Source: Haplodiscus bocki (Eukaryota). From it: a stretch of 64,000 nt of DNA. The translations under genes were made by a program, and so were the position numbers. Shown here piece by piece: positions 38,490-51,371 of this stretch. The stretch lies in NCBI GenBank assembly GCA_965655095.1, contig OZ296652.1:53382001-53446000 (forward strand), read 5' to 3'. The notes beneath the pieces are model-generated. The model saw only the letters and a program-made list of their open reading frames with translations, was not told the origin of the DNA and searched no databases. Position 1 is the stretch's first letter, and each line of letters starts with the position of its first letter.

Positions 38490-39236
38490 TTGAAAAGTAC
38501 CTCACTGGAACTGCCGAAGGTCGTTACGCACAGAATCAACAAATTCAGTGTTCCATTCACGTAAATCGAATAAATTTTTTTAAAAAGCCTTTTACTCTTG
38601 AATATTGTTAAAACTACTTTTTTGTTGAACGTAATTACATTTTTTACATCGGGGTACTGGCGGAGGGTTCTTTCTATTTTTGCCCGCAATAGTGTAACAT
38701 TGTGATTATCAGAAATTTTTTTAGATGATTTTTTTATTTCTTTTTCGTGTCATAACGCGAAATTTCGTTCCACGTCGGACAAACTTTGCAATTATTGGGC
38801 GTGATCAGGGGTTTCTGGAGGGCTGGCGTCGATATACTTTGATATCTTGTTTGGGTATAGTCACTCCGATATCTTTTGCCACCTTTACCACACGCTCATA
38901 CACATCCTCGTCATTGATCTCCTCAACCTGAAAAATGCGGATGTTGGCACGTCGACCATGCTGTTCATTTGAATCTGCACAAAATAAACTCATAATATCG
39001 GCATTTTTTGATGGTGGCGATGTTTTGCACTCTTCAAACCGAGCTGCAGCGCAAAAACCACATAAAAAAGGGCGATCCATAAAGTTTATCGGTCTGCGCT
39101 TTGGCAACCATATAGATTTCCACGCAACACAATTTTTGCCGTCCGGACCAGTCCCTGTGCATTGAATGAGATGCATTGACCCATCAATTTTGCTCTCGTT
39201 GTCTGTCTCAGAATTTCGCTGTGCTTTGGTTGGCAT
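38490..39236 (-). pseudogene. LINE ORF1 with Cys-rich finger and L1-type RRM
   Basis: QCTG...CVAW...FLCGFC, followed by EQHGRRANIRIFQVEE and RPIIAKFVRR; frameshifted. Confidence 0.7.
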
Positions 39237-41810
39237 GTTTCATAAATCACATGAAACTATTCAATAAGTTTACCACAACAATTAGGCTTTATCAAAACAA
39301 GAGAATAAAGTCTTAGTAGAAGTAATTGCACAACTGTATTCATATGCTTGAAGTGAAGTGTTTTATTCGTAAGAAAAATCAGTTGAAATGTCTTTCCATA
39401 CGGTTTTTGAAGCCACGTTTCGTTGAGACAAACGTTGCGGTTGCATGTCCTATGTTTGATTGCAGGAAATCAGCAGAGTCTTCAGGCAAAGTTTTTTTTT
39501 CAGAAGTGAGTAGAGTTATTCACGTGACTCATTATAATATTGTGTAACAGCAGGTAGAGAAGTATTTCAGTCATCAGCAAGATCATGTCCTTTTCTGAAC
39601 AAATTTTTTGTTGTATGGAGTTCTTAGTTTTGGGAAAGCTTGTTCTATTGCGAATCAAGTATCCGCAAAGAAATGCATGGATCAAGAAATTGTTTGATTT
39701 GCTTTCCAGAAGCCCGATTGTCTACAACAAGATGCACCCTTTTCCTTTACTGTCATAATTAATCACAATAGAGGAACGAGGAAAGTTTAAACTGCCCGTG
39801 ATCACGTGAGGGGTGGTCAAACCTGTGAGGAAGTCTCATCTATACGATCCAACGTGCTGAGCCTCCATACAGTGTCAATGACCGTCCCATATTTTTGAAA
39901 AACCGATAAATTCAGCGAAAGGAAAATTTATGAATTAGGCAATTTATCAGAATTTTATGCACGTCAGGAAGCAGAATTTGTGTTGGTTAAGCATTGGGGC
40001 ACGGCGTAGATTTCGGCACGCAAATATCAGCCAGTTTGATGACAACCTCTACGATGGAGCTCACATCCGACTCAATGATGGGCATGTGCTTTTTGAGTGA
40101 TCTGCAACTCGAAGGCATAGAATAGAACTCCGTAGTTAGTCGAAGCTTATCGCGCTTCTTTGTGTGCATTATGGTCTCGGACAACTGCTCGGCTGATTTT
40201 TTGCGACAGTCTGGTCATGACTTTATTAGTAGTTGATACAAACGGGAAATATTTTTTAAATCGTCCTAGGAATCTCATGCCAATCTTCAAGTTTAACGTC
40301 CGTTGAGTTGACGCAGTATGCAGTCACAAATGGCAAACGAAGCGCAGAAGAAGCAGTGGTTTTGTTTTCTCAATATGTAACGAGAGAAAATATAATGGTG
40401 ACTTCCATATTTAATTAGTGGGTGATTCTAGCCAAATTTCAAGGTCTTCTGTTTTTGTTGGGGAAAATTCAGATTTATTGGCGGAGATTTGGAACTGACT
40501 GGCCGAACTAATGAAAAATGACTGTAAAAAAGTATATATTAAGCATGAGATGAGAGAGCAAAAACATCAGCTCAAAAAAGATTTTTCAAAGCTTTGGTCT
40601 GCCAAAATGTACAATAGCGTCCTAAAAGGTCACGTTTGACGTAACAATTTTTGAATATCAACAGTGTGGCTTTACTTGTTCTTTTTGATTTTGCATGCTG
40701 TGTGCGAAATTCTCAAATACAGGGCAGTAAAATGGAGTGATCGAAAAAAAAAACATGATTGACATCAAATGTTTGCGTATGAGGCACATACTTTTTACTT
40801 TTCTACTTTTTCGAAGAGACACTAGAGTGATTGCTCGTGTAGTATTTCTGAAAGTGTCAATTATGTATCCGATCAAGGTTCAAAAGTCTCGAAATCTTCG
40901 ATGGGTAATGCTTGTTATTGATGTCAACTGATAAGTCAGGATATGTTGCGAAATTGTGCTTCGCTTCTGTTAAGTTTTTTGGGTAATTTTCGGTCTGTGG
41001 TCGTCTGGTACTATGTGCTTCGCCTCTGTGTTTTGATTTTAAATTATTCAATTGCATTGATGGTTCCATCGATAACTGAGAACTATCTGGAAACACAATC
41101 CTTGAAAAACGACACTTTCTTCGGCTGATTGAAAAAATATAGTATCGTTGTTTTAGCTCCATCATTCAAAAAAAATTGCATCGATCTTTGAGCCCCGCTA
41201 GGAGCCTATTTTTGCAAATGAGACAACCATAGCTTTCCATGGCTCCCGCTTCGCCCACTAGACTTTTTGAAGTTGCACCAAAACTTCAACCGAAAACTTT
41301 TCCAAACACTGAAAGTTTCCCAAAAATATTTAATGGCAGCACTGACTTTGGCTGATTAATGATGCACTGGTTTCAGTTACAGCGTACACTTGCTCTGTGA
41401 CCGTAGATTCAAAGAAAAATGTAATGGCATGACTGTTGAAAGTTTTCTCGTAATTTTTATCAATTCAAATGCTTAAATCAAGGTCAGTTTGTCATAGCAA
41501 GCAAGTCCTATTCTGACTCAAAGTTCATCATATTCATCACAGTTGGCTTCGCATATGCGCTTGTTTGATCTGGGTGTGTTCTGATAACTTAAAACTGCCG
41601 ATTTTTAGTTCAAAATTTTTCTTCACATTTAGAAAATGTATTACAGGTTGCAATGAAATACGTCAGACAGCGTCATTTGTTCGTACCAAACTGATGGAAG
41701 CGGGATACAGTTCCTACCGGCATCATTCTTCAGCAGTGCAATAGTATATGCTTAGTTTGTTTTGTGCGTGTGTCAATCAATTTTCGAGCGGAACGTTTTT
41801 GGAATGAAAA

Positions 41811-42125
41811 ATGACATTAAACAATTGCAGTGAGTTCAACGCCGACAGAGCACTGGTGTCTCCCCATACAAGCAACGCCACAGCGTGCTATGAATCTACA
41901 GACAATTCAGAACTAGACACAGATATTTACCATTTACAAGCTGGTGACATGCAATGTCATTATTGCAATTCTGCCCAGGAACTGGAAATGCTGCGGCAGG
42001 AGCTGTACGAAAATGAAAGCAAACTGGAATTAGCAGCCAAATATGGTCAAAACCTTTTGATCGAAAATCAAGAACTTCGTTCCCATATTGAAGCAGTTAA
42101 CGGAGAAAATTTGGCCGTAGTAGAA
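41811..42125 (+). CDS. BICD family-like cargo adaptor (BICDR/BICDL-like), exon 1
   Basis: ATG 41811; CC1 box LELAAKYGQNLL; donor GTGAGT at 42126. Ten exons join in consistent phase to 2430 nt (809 aa plus stop). Confidence 0.88.
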
Positions 42126-42399
42126 GTGAGTCTGAACTACACCTAGTTTACGTTATGAGAAACACGTTGATGTATTGCTACACAAGGCCCCGTATTGCTA
42201 GAAAAACGTTTGGTTAAACAAATTGAATACGGCAGCGTGATGTAACATTATAAAACTCAAACAACAAAAATAGTTAAATAGTTTCAGTTAGAAAATTATT
42301 TTCGGGGAGCGTGGTGGCCCCTTACGATGATTAAGAGTGTCGGAGCTAGTTCTCTCAACAACGCACTTCCGAACAGTGGTGTCGACTCTTCGTATGGAA

Positions 42400-45020
42400 A
42401 CGTCACCGGTGAACCGGGATTGAGTCTGAATTCTCAATCAAGAAACCTTATAAAGACAGCACAGCTCTCTGGACCTACAAATTCTGTTAGCATTTCGTAT
42501 GAAGATACTGGGTTTCTTTATCCAGACTCTTGGTTCCGATTTGTAACATCTCTGCCCTCAAGTCTAGTTGATGAACGAATATAATGGTTTTTCTTGTCCA
42601 GCCCCTGAGCAATATTCAACCTTTACTCTGCTCTTCTTTCGTCTCCTACTTCCAGTATCATTCCAAACTAGTCAAAAACTGTTCAATTTGTCAGAAGAAT
42701 TTTTGCATAAGAACAAGCATATGATCTTGGTCCAATGCGCACGAAGCTCTGAGAAGTGGCAGTGATCAAAATGAAAGAACTCGGGTCCCTAGCCATGCTT
42801 CTTCGCAATAACTGTGTCGACCATAACGAAAAAAAAACATTTTCATAAGAGGCAAAACAATTGAAGAGCTGAACAAAAAACTGGAAGTTCTTTTCAAGAA
42901 AGAGAAACGGCTATCCAATCTGGTGGATAACCGGGTCGACGACTTTCAAAGGCTACTTGTGACAAAATGGAAAAAAGCTATGCTGTAGGTGCTGTCGTGA
43001 GGCCACAAAGTAATGTGATGGGTCCTCAACTGGCAAAGTAAATGGTGGATCCAATTGTTCACTAGATTGCGTAAAGAAAACCCTTTTGTTGTGGTATAAA
43101 AAGTCACCAATCTTTGTCATTGCATCTAACGTTAGAACGTCTTTGTTGTTGAACCAGCGCACGAGGTCTTCGGAGGTACACTAATTTTCGTTCCTCTGGA
43201 TAGGCCTGCATTGGTTGTCATTCTATCGTGTATTATAATTGACTGTCTGAATGGTCCTTATCAAGGGGGTTGTTGTTGCACAGCTTGCTAAAAGAAAACC
43301 TCACAGGGATTCCTAAAAAGTTATTTTGGGAAAAATTATTGCAGAAATTATTTTTTTGAATAATTCAGGCAGGACAATAATTATTTTCCAGGTTTCTAAT
43401 TTGCAATATTTATTTTTCGAAAAACAATAATTTCAGCATTTAATGAAGCATTAATCGGTCTTTACGCATCATGCTGCGTGTGCCCTAGATAAAGCGAAAC
43501 AACCAATAGCGTTCGCTCGGATGGACTTGTACATTTAAGATGGTAGATAGATTCCTTGCCGTCAAAGATTTTATAGACCCTAGCGATGTTGAAATCGCTA
43601 GTTTTTTTTTATTGCCAAGCCCCCAAGAAAGTATAACTATTCAAAATTTGTTTGAAAGTTTGAAGGACTTCCATTCTGTTACTCTGGCTCTGGAGAAGAC
43701 GGACATGAACCTGCATAAAGCCCGTACCATTTTCAACCTTCTTATCGAAAACTACAATATCATGGAAAAATAATTGGGGGAAAATGCCTCAATTATTCAC
43801 AGTAAAGCATTCGAAAGAGGAATCCGACGTCGAACGTGGTAGAAATATATTTTAGTCGGGCAAAAATGGTCTTCTCTGACCATCGAATGTCCATGCTTCC
43901 AGTGAACTTAGAAGAAACTCTGTTTTTGTACATAAATAAACGATTTTCGGATATTGACGTGAAATGTAAATTTGTCGAGCAATAATAAAAAATTATTGCA
44001 ATTATTTTTTTTTGTGAAACAGAAAGCGGCAATTATTATTTTTGCCCAATAGGCTCTAGCAATTTTTATTTTCAACGAACAATAATATTGCAATACAATA
44101 TTAGGGAGCCCTGAAGCCTCAAGAGGGAGTTGTTGTTTATTGTTCACTTCTTCTGGACTACTGAACCATTCATAATAGAAACTACCCCTTGACCTGCGAC
44201 CTTTTGTGGGCTTTGCGGAATCAATCCAGATTTCCGACTCCGACCAGAAACTTTATAATATCCAACAACTTAGCATATCCGAACTTTAAAGACTAAGATA
44301 GGCAGTACATTTCTCCAATTGTTCCTGCAAGTCAGTAAGTTGAGTATGTTCTGTTTGCGAAAACTCTATCTTTTCTATTGTCATTCTGTACAATTCTTGA
44401 GCAGGAGTTCACTCAGCATCAAATGGTGCCTTGGTGTTGAATAGCTTTTGATCATCTTTGTACGAGATGCCGAACTAGTCGCGTTTGTCGTACAGTGTTT
44501 TGTGGACTTGAAACGCGTCATGTGGAAATTTTCGTTCAACTCGTTGATTACAAGTTCTTAAGTGTCGCTCCATGTTCTCAGCTCTTCTGCTGAATTGATA
44601 GGGCGATGGGCAAGGATAATCTTAGCAGAAAATGTTGATATTGGATATACATCAAATGTGTCTGTTATAACCCAAGAGTCGTACAGTGTTGGGAGTCTTT
44701 TAAAACCTTCCCTGGTGAGCTCCCTAATCGTGGCTCCGTGCAAGATATCTCTGTCTTACTGAAAGATATTTACTTTTTCAGTCAAGTTTTAAACACTTGG
44801 AATGTCTACCATGCGAACGCTCTGAAAACTTGTTGGATCAGTGCCATCGTGTTTGTCCTGGAACAGACTGAATAGCTTGGCAGCTTGTTCCTCTCGTCTT
44901 TCATGTCTTCGGAAATGCAAAGTGAAAGCTCGGATGGAACAATTTTTTATTGTGCGGCTTTTTCATGATTCTCTTCAGTTGTTATGATGACATAGATTTT
45001 TCCGTGGCTCTTGTAAAAAA
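42400..45020 (-). mobile_element. Second Maverick relic: internally deleted protein-primed polB
   Basis: CSIRAFTLHF..HERREEQAAKLF, NMERHLRTC...TLYDKRD*FGISY...QKLF, LLDIIKFL, YEWF, RWFNNKDV and AKKH segments in polB order; interrupted by a hAT. Confidence 0.7.
43304..44113 (+). mobile_element. Non-autonomous hAT DNA transposon (810 bp)
   Basis: TIRs CAGGGATTCCTAA / TTAGGGAGCCCTG; 8-bp TSD AAACCTCA / AAGCCTCA; transposase fragments WTCTFKMVDRF...FHSVTLALE and PTSNVVEIYFSRAK...PVNLEETLFL (dimerisation domain). Confidence 0.88.
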
Positions 45021-45199
45021 GCGTCTTTACCCCCTCCCCCCCATGAAAACTTCCGGGAGAAAAACAGCAAAAAAAATCATATTCGGTAGCTTGTTTAGTT
45101 TCCTTTCTGTGTTTTCACTTCGTGAATCGCATCGTCAGTGTTTGGCAAAGCTTTAACTTTTGTCAAATCTTCTTTTCTCGAGTTTGGGGTGACCAATCT

Positions 45200-46100
45200 T
45201 TGTATTATTGATTAGGCAAAGCAGTGGGAATGGCAGGGGAAATTCAAGTGCTTAAGAATTTTCAGTTCTCGTCCGGTGTAATAAGCAGCTACAGGTTGGG
45301 TTTTTCCTGAGCTGTGGTGACTGGTGAAGTGACAAAGATCGCTAGAAAAATATATTTTCACAACTTGGTTCACTGGTAAGCGAAATTATGTTAAGTAGTG
45401 GTGTTGGTTGGCGAAGTTTATGCGCGGTATAGTATTCAATTCTTATGGGGGGTAGTATGACGGCAATGATGATGCTGGTCTCAGGTCGAGGATTGCGCGG
45501 ATTTTTGAGGAAAAAGATCAAACTCTTTCACATTGTGTGTACTGCAGTAAGAGAGTACCTGATAGAAGGAATGACCGGCGGTGTTGAAATTGGGGAAAAC
45601 TTAATTGTTTTACGGGTTAGTATCCGGGCAAAGGTGTGGCCGTTCCAAGACATTGGTAATGAGGGTCTCGACAAAATTTTTCAAACAAGATTTTTCCACT
45701 TTGGGTACAAGGCTAAGAGACGATTGGTGAAGTAGTGTTGAGAAGAGCCGAAAAATTGAAGTGATAAGAAATGCAGGTCTATTTCGTGCCAGTCCTTCGG
45801 CCAAGCCGTGGCTTATGGCAAGCTTTGGGAACGGAGGAAATGAAAACTGTGAAAAATGGAAATTGTTCCGACCGGGGTGCATCGAACAGTCAGGGTATGG
45901 TGAATATTCGGAGTGATCGGTCCTTTTAAATAGCGAATGTTTTCACTTTGACTTGTGGGTTAGTATACGAGGAAATTGGGGACGTTCCGATCCTCTGAAG
46001 ATCCAGGTAATCTGAAAGTTTTTGTGTGATTAGACTTCCAACTTCAGAGTTGGTTAGAGAATTTGGGCCCATGATTGGGAGTGACAAGTGAACTTTGATT
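45200..46100 (-). mobile_element. Possible highly degraded LINE RT fragment
   Basis: FDAPRSEQFPFFTVFISSVP weakly resembles GxPQG..LSPLLF..F; otherwise unreadable. Confidence 0.25.
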
Positions 46101-46319
46101 CAGAGAACATACCATGGTTAATGAACAATAACTTGTCTATGAATTTTAAATATACTGTATAGGGTAAATTTCTGACCAGCGGAAGTTGCTCCCCTTCTCT
46201 TCTCCTTGCGTTGTGTGTACACTCAATTCTGACTTTCGAACTATCAAGTTATATCTAAACAATGGCTTCTCGAAAAGCGTCCCTGTTCAGGTCACCACAT
46301 TCCAATTTTTAGAACGTCA

Positions 46320-47340
46320 GAAAATTCCATTTTTTCGGAAGACTTCGTGTTACTCGGTTTTTGTTTTTTTAACGCTTTTTCGAAGGCACCTGCGACCTTG
46401 TCCGAAATAACGAGTTTTGTGCGCTTTCTGAATTTTCGTTCGAAACGCAGTAAAACTACGAGGGAGTACAAGAGGGATTATACGGACCATCCTAGTAGCG
46501 GTGAGAGCGCGCAAATCGTAGTCCCCTACTGAAAATACTTCTAGGCAGGTAAGACCTTGGAATCTTTTTTTTCCAATTTGCGGGAAAAGAATAACGGCCG
46601 AGGAGCATAGAGGGTCTCAAGCATGAAGTCGATGACACAGCGCAAACTCAAAAAAAAACGAAAAGTCTCGATCTGATAGAATTCCTTCTAAGGAGCACAA
46701 GTAGCGGGAGTTGCTTCTCCCAATCTGTTGGAAAGAAGGGAGTCAGCAGGAGAATTTCGAATGTTTTGAGATGTTTCCAACTTTGGTACAGTCGTTACGT
46801 AGGAGATGTTAAGAGTGGCAGTGTGCGCGCAAAGTCAAATTGGGCAAATATTTTAATTTTCATCTGGGCAAAGGTTCGCCCATTGCGTGGTAGTGGAATC
46901 GAAAAGAATGACAAAAATCTTGAAAGCTTTCTTATATTTATGAAAGTCTAACCCCGGGAACTTTCGAGTTCGTTTGACCCAATTCAAGGCAAAACAGAAT
47001 ACGTCTCAACGGTTGACCCAGTGGTAATCACCAAAATTTACCAAAGTTCTCTCCGCCTTGAGCGGCTATGTTTTGCTGTGCAAACTTCCCAAAAATTGGC
47101 TGGCAAAATGGCGTAACCTGAAAAGACATGATTAACACCAATGTTTCGAATATGTAACAGGGTGACATATCTGTCTCAGTTTGACTTTTTCGAAGAAACT
47201 CTTGATTGACAGCTGGTGTAGTATTTCCTGAAAGAATTAGCCACATCTCTGATCATTGCTTCAAATGCCTTTTGCGATCGGTGATCTCAACTGACGAGTC
47301 AATGTGTTGCGCGAATTTCCGCTGAGCTGCTGTGTTCATT
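46320..47340 (+). repeat. Old interspersed repeat family
   Basis: Segments recur at ~60780-60985 and ~61025-61150; a ~150-bp core (TGTAGT.TTTC...GATCTCAACT) recurs at ~40820-40970, ~52420-52560 and ~60110-60265. Confidence 0.6.
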
Positions 47341-47475
47341 TTTTTCTCACTAATTTCCGTTTTCCTGCTTTTTTGAAATTATGGTCAATTTTCCTAATTT
47401 TTTTTAGTTCTAATATCTTAGCGCTTAATGTCCAGTCCTTGATGTCCGTTTTTGAAATTCGTCCTGATGTTGTAG

Positions 47476-47691
47476 GAGAAGGATGGTCGTTTCCACGAAT
47501 TGCGACTTCAAATGGATAGAATGCGCGGAGATTATGAATCCAGACTTGGATCGCTTGAAATTGAATTAAACTATGCCCGCGCAGAACTAGATGAAAAGCT
47601 GGCTCAGCTGGAAAAAATGAACTCCGAAAAACTAGAACTAAAAAATGACATCATCAACCAAAGAAGCTCCTTCATGGACACCATCAAGCAG
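47476..47691 (+). CDS. BICDR-like, exon 2
   Basis: TAG| acceptor; HELRLQMDRMRGDYESRLGSLEIEL coiled coil resembling BICDL1; phase 0/0. Confidence 0.88.
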
Positions 47692-47986
47692 GTTTGAACT
47701 ACTTTATCATCAGACATAAAAACGGTATATAAACTTAAGTACTGTCATATAAACTTAAGCATTAGTTCAGTAAATTCTGTTAAAGTATCAGAAACATGAC
47801 TTCAAAAACTGCTGAAGTGTTACTTTTTGCTCTCACGTGAACATTTTTATGCCAATTTGTAGTTGCATTTGTATTTGTCTGAATTTGCAGAATTTGATGC
47901 AAAAACCCTTCAATTTATGCTTTCCCCTCCTGCTTACTAACGGAAAAGAGTACAATTATTGTTCAACTTTTGGCATTTTTTTTCAG

Positions 47987-48250
47987 CGGGATGATTTAGA
48001 ACAAGATCTAAAGCGAGAGATAGTTGAAGTAAGGAATCAGCTGGCGTCTACAGAAAAAACAATGATAGACGACAGACGGAAAGAGAGAAGTTCAGCCAGT
48101 GAGAAAGACGTGCTAAATGACCGACTGGAAGAAAATCAATCCAAACTGAAGTCAGTTCTGTACGAGAACACTTTGCTTAGCAACCGATGTGACCTTCTCA
48201 AAGCACAATTGGATGAGTCACAAACACACATCGAACATTTAAGCCGCGAA
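47987..48250 (+). CDS. BICDR-like, exon 3
   Basis: TTTTTCAG| acceptor; coiled coil ...LYENTLL...; phase 0/0. Confidence 0.85.
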
Positions 48251-49198
48251 GTTCGTTGGGTTTGTATTTTCTGAAAAAAAATAAAGCTATCGTACATCTT
48301 AACAGGAGACAATGAATCTGAATTAAGAAACAAATAAATATGCAGTAGATGAATTATTATAATTGTTCCCTTTTCTTTTCCCAACTCAAGTAGAACGAAA
48401 CGCTCACTAAACTGCGGGATGTTTTTCGCCATCTCAAGATTTCATGTTTCTCTGGTAATAATAGATGGTTGACTTTAAGTTGTAATGTTATTATAAGTCG
48501 CTAAAACAATTTAGTTGGATTCGAATGAAGAACTGTATTTTCGTATATTTATCTACATTCAATTAAAAATTTCGAACTTTTATCTTGAAGTGATGTACTG
48601 TGACACTTGCGTCAAGGTTTCATTTTCTGCTTCGGGTTTTCTTGAACTACGCAAGAGACCTTTCATGGAAAGTTGATAAATATCCAGAAGTTAGTTCAGA
48701 AGATCTTAAAAACCAACAACATCATTGATATCGATGTTGTTGGTTATCATCCCCGAACATTGGAATAAATGTATTCGGCTCATTTTTGTACGTCGAAATC
48801 TGGCGCATCTTAGTGATCACACTTGTGTCATTTTTGACGACAACCGCAGTCATATGTAAATTCGTGAGAGCCAATTTATGTGGAAAATAGCAATACTGGC
48901 TTTAATTGATGACATGCTGTCACCTTTGTGCTTGTCTATTATTCTTCTATTGTTATTGGAAAACTTGAATAATAAGCTGTAACAAGTGGCTCGAAACTGC
49001 CCAAACTTTGAAAGCTTCAAGTGTTGTTGAACTGTTAACTAAGAACCCATTAAGCCCAAAGTTATTTTATCCAGAATTTATCGCTTTATCACTTAATATA
49101 TATGTACTCTGTACATTTCCTGTAACTTACTGTGTGCAACTAATTTCATAAATACTTGGCTTTGGACTGTTAACTTTATTAGTTTTATGATCTTTCAG

Positions 49199-49283
49199 CT
49201 GAGTGATTTGGGAAGTCGGAGAGAAAAGTGTGGAACCTCAGTGGAAATGGACCAGAATATCTCAATTGATTGCTCTGAAAAAT
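49199..49283 (+). CDS. BICDR-like, exon 4
   Basis: TCTTTCAG| acceptor; 85 nt; provides the phase 0 to 1 bridge needed for exon 5. Confidence 0.65.
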
Positions 49284-49554
49284 GTTAGCGTCTGTTTTGT
49301 ACACAAAGTGAATGAGTAATAGCTAAGTAATTGAATTCGATATAAGAACTTCTGACTTTATTGGTTTGGGAAATTTCACTTGCTGTACGTGGAAAACAGA
49401 CTGTGGGCGTGCTTAGACAGATTTGTTTTTCTAAGCAGGAACATGTCACTTTAGCTACGGCTGTGTAGATTTAATCTGTTTAAATAGAAAACCTGACTTT
49501 TGTTTTGCGGTTTTGTGTCAAAATCTGATCACAGTTTTGTATCGTTTCTAACAG

Positions 49555-49835
49555 CGAGTGAGAAGAGTGTACAAAAGAGAAACAAGATGTTCCTCTCACC
49601 TGGCAAGGAGAGCAAGAGCTTCAGTGACTTTGGCAAACTGTGCAGACAAGATGAGGTTGACCGTCGCATGCAGGGATTGGAAGGTCAGGGTCAAGAAGGG
49701 GGTACTGTGGAAGTGGAAGAGGACGATGAGGAGGTGGAAATTCTTGCTCTTCAAGGGAACAGTCAGGATATGTGGGAGAACTATGTGGAAGTGATTGAAT
49801 CTGAGGATGAGGATGAACAGGATGGTGTAGATCAT
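49555..49835 (+). CDS. BICDR-like, exon 5 (acidic)
   Basis: CTAACAG| acceptor; open Glu/Asp-rich frame; donor GTTAGT. Confidence 0.7.
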
Positions 49836-50190
49836 GTTAGTATCTTTTCAATCGGTGCTCTTTCCAGCCTGCAAATAGTCTCATCAATGCAATAACCATT
49901 CAGTCTAGTTGCTTAAATTCGATTATTTGCTAAAAAAAATGCAAAAGTTTCTTTATTTCAATTAATCATCTTTCGCGTTGGATAAGGGAAGGAATCATTT
50001 TCTTAGAATAAAATGAATAATTCGAATTCGTACTCCTCTATAACTGATTGCAGACCGGGCGGTGACTTGTTTAATCATATGCAAACACGGAGAAAATATG
50101 CCTTTTGCGGTATCAAATATGAGGATTATCTCAAACTCTGAGCCCGAAAATGTGTTCGAAATCTTCGAAAAGCAAAAGGTGTTTTTTCAG

Positions 50191-50298
50191 TATGATAGTC
50201 GACAGAGGAAAAGTTGGCTGGAAGAATCTTCGCAGTTGGAAAGTTTCCATCGATCTGACTCAAACTCAACCTTGTCCACAAGCGATGAGATAGAACAG
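50191..50298 (+). CDS. BICDR-like, exon 6
   Basis: TTTTTTCAG| acceptor; KSWLEE; donor CAG|GTAACA. Confidence 0.8.
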
Positions 50299-50371
50299 GT
50301 AACAGCTTTTCCAGTGAGACGTGAATGAATGAAACTGTAGAGATCATGATTAAGTTTGTACCGTTGTACAG

Positions 50372-50782
50372 GCGGTAATGGAGAAAATTATGATTGAAAT
50401 CAGACATATCTGTGCCAAAACCAAAAGTATCATTGACTCCTACAGTCGCCAGAAAAACGCATCTGGGAGTTCGTCAAAAGCTCACAGTGATGGTGAGAGC
50501 AGTCGTCGATCTCTTGAACCCGAACATCAAGCAACCGCAGCATTAAGAGCCGAGTGGTCGGCTACCGAAAAGAACGAAGAACATAGCTATTGGTCTGCAG
50601 TGACGTCTTCAGGGGACCTCCTAGTCGCCAGCCAATCAATTATTGGTGCTGAGGAGCTGCAGCAGTCAGACAAAAAAATTGTATCGTCTTCATATAGTTT
50701 CCAACGAACTGTGTCTGATGTAAATCGCAAAAACTTTCTGGATCTAGTTGCCACTAAGCTGGAGAAACTCAGAAAAATAGTG
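50372..50782 (+). CDS. BICDR-like, exon 7
   Basis: Follows a 73-bp intron; open frame; donor GTCAGT. Confidence 0.8.
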
Positions 50783-51249
50783 GTCAGTGTGCTTTTCATC
50801 TGTTTAGCCGGACTTCTTTGTCTCAGGATTTTACAAAATGGCGCCGTCTGTCGAAGCCTTTCTTTTGAAGTTTTGTCGCTACCTTTCTTTCAAATGTTGC
50901 TGCTTGGTCTAAAGATGACTTTTTTGAGTGCATTTGGTAGGACTTGCTACAAATAGCTAAAATTATCCGACAGCCGAAATTGGATATGAGGCCGAAATAT
51001 ACTATTTTTGTGTTGAAGTCTAACTACCATCCTAGGATTTTAATTGATCGCCAATTGAATCTTGTCAGTTTGAGAGCAAGTATTATATTGTTTGCTAATT
51101 TCTACCTATTTATGGGGTGAAAATGTGTAGTAACATTTTTGTAGGGCTTTAATATGCTGTCGATTGATATGAATTAGGTGGTTTCCTTAGCATCCATTGA
51201 AGTTTCCGCTTCACTTCAGTTTAATGTTGAATTATCTGCTGGTTTTCAG

Positions 51250-51371
51250 GACGAAAGCGTGCCATTGGAAAACGTGCTCCCGGAATATAAGTGGGAAGAA
51301 AACAGAACTGTTTCTTCTTTGAGTGAGCGGATGGATTTTCTGCAGAATGAAAGAGACGTAGCTCTAAGAAG
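51250..51371 (+). CDS. BICDR-like, exon 8
   Basis: TTTTCAG| acceptor; LQNERDVALR; phase-2 donor GTTAGG. Confidence 0.8.

Larger units (their letters stand above)
32300..39330 (-). mobile_element. Older near-full-length CR1/L2-like LINE, interrupted by a younger LINE
   Basis: ORF1 at 39236-38490; EN segments VVCLSEAW (38146-38505) and IVGPMNINVL (~34800); RT segments KAIGNDGV, PLHKSGD and GVPQVSFFGPQLFLIYINDL; outer boundaries approximate. Confidence 0.85.

Noticed and set aside
50783-50956. Hydrophobic TM-like tail of ORF 50378-50956
   Set aside because: Better explained as reading into the intron after the GTCAGT donor; downstream exons continue the BICDR coiled coil.
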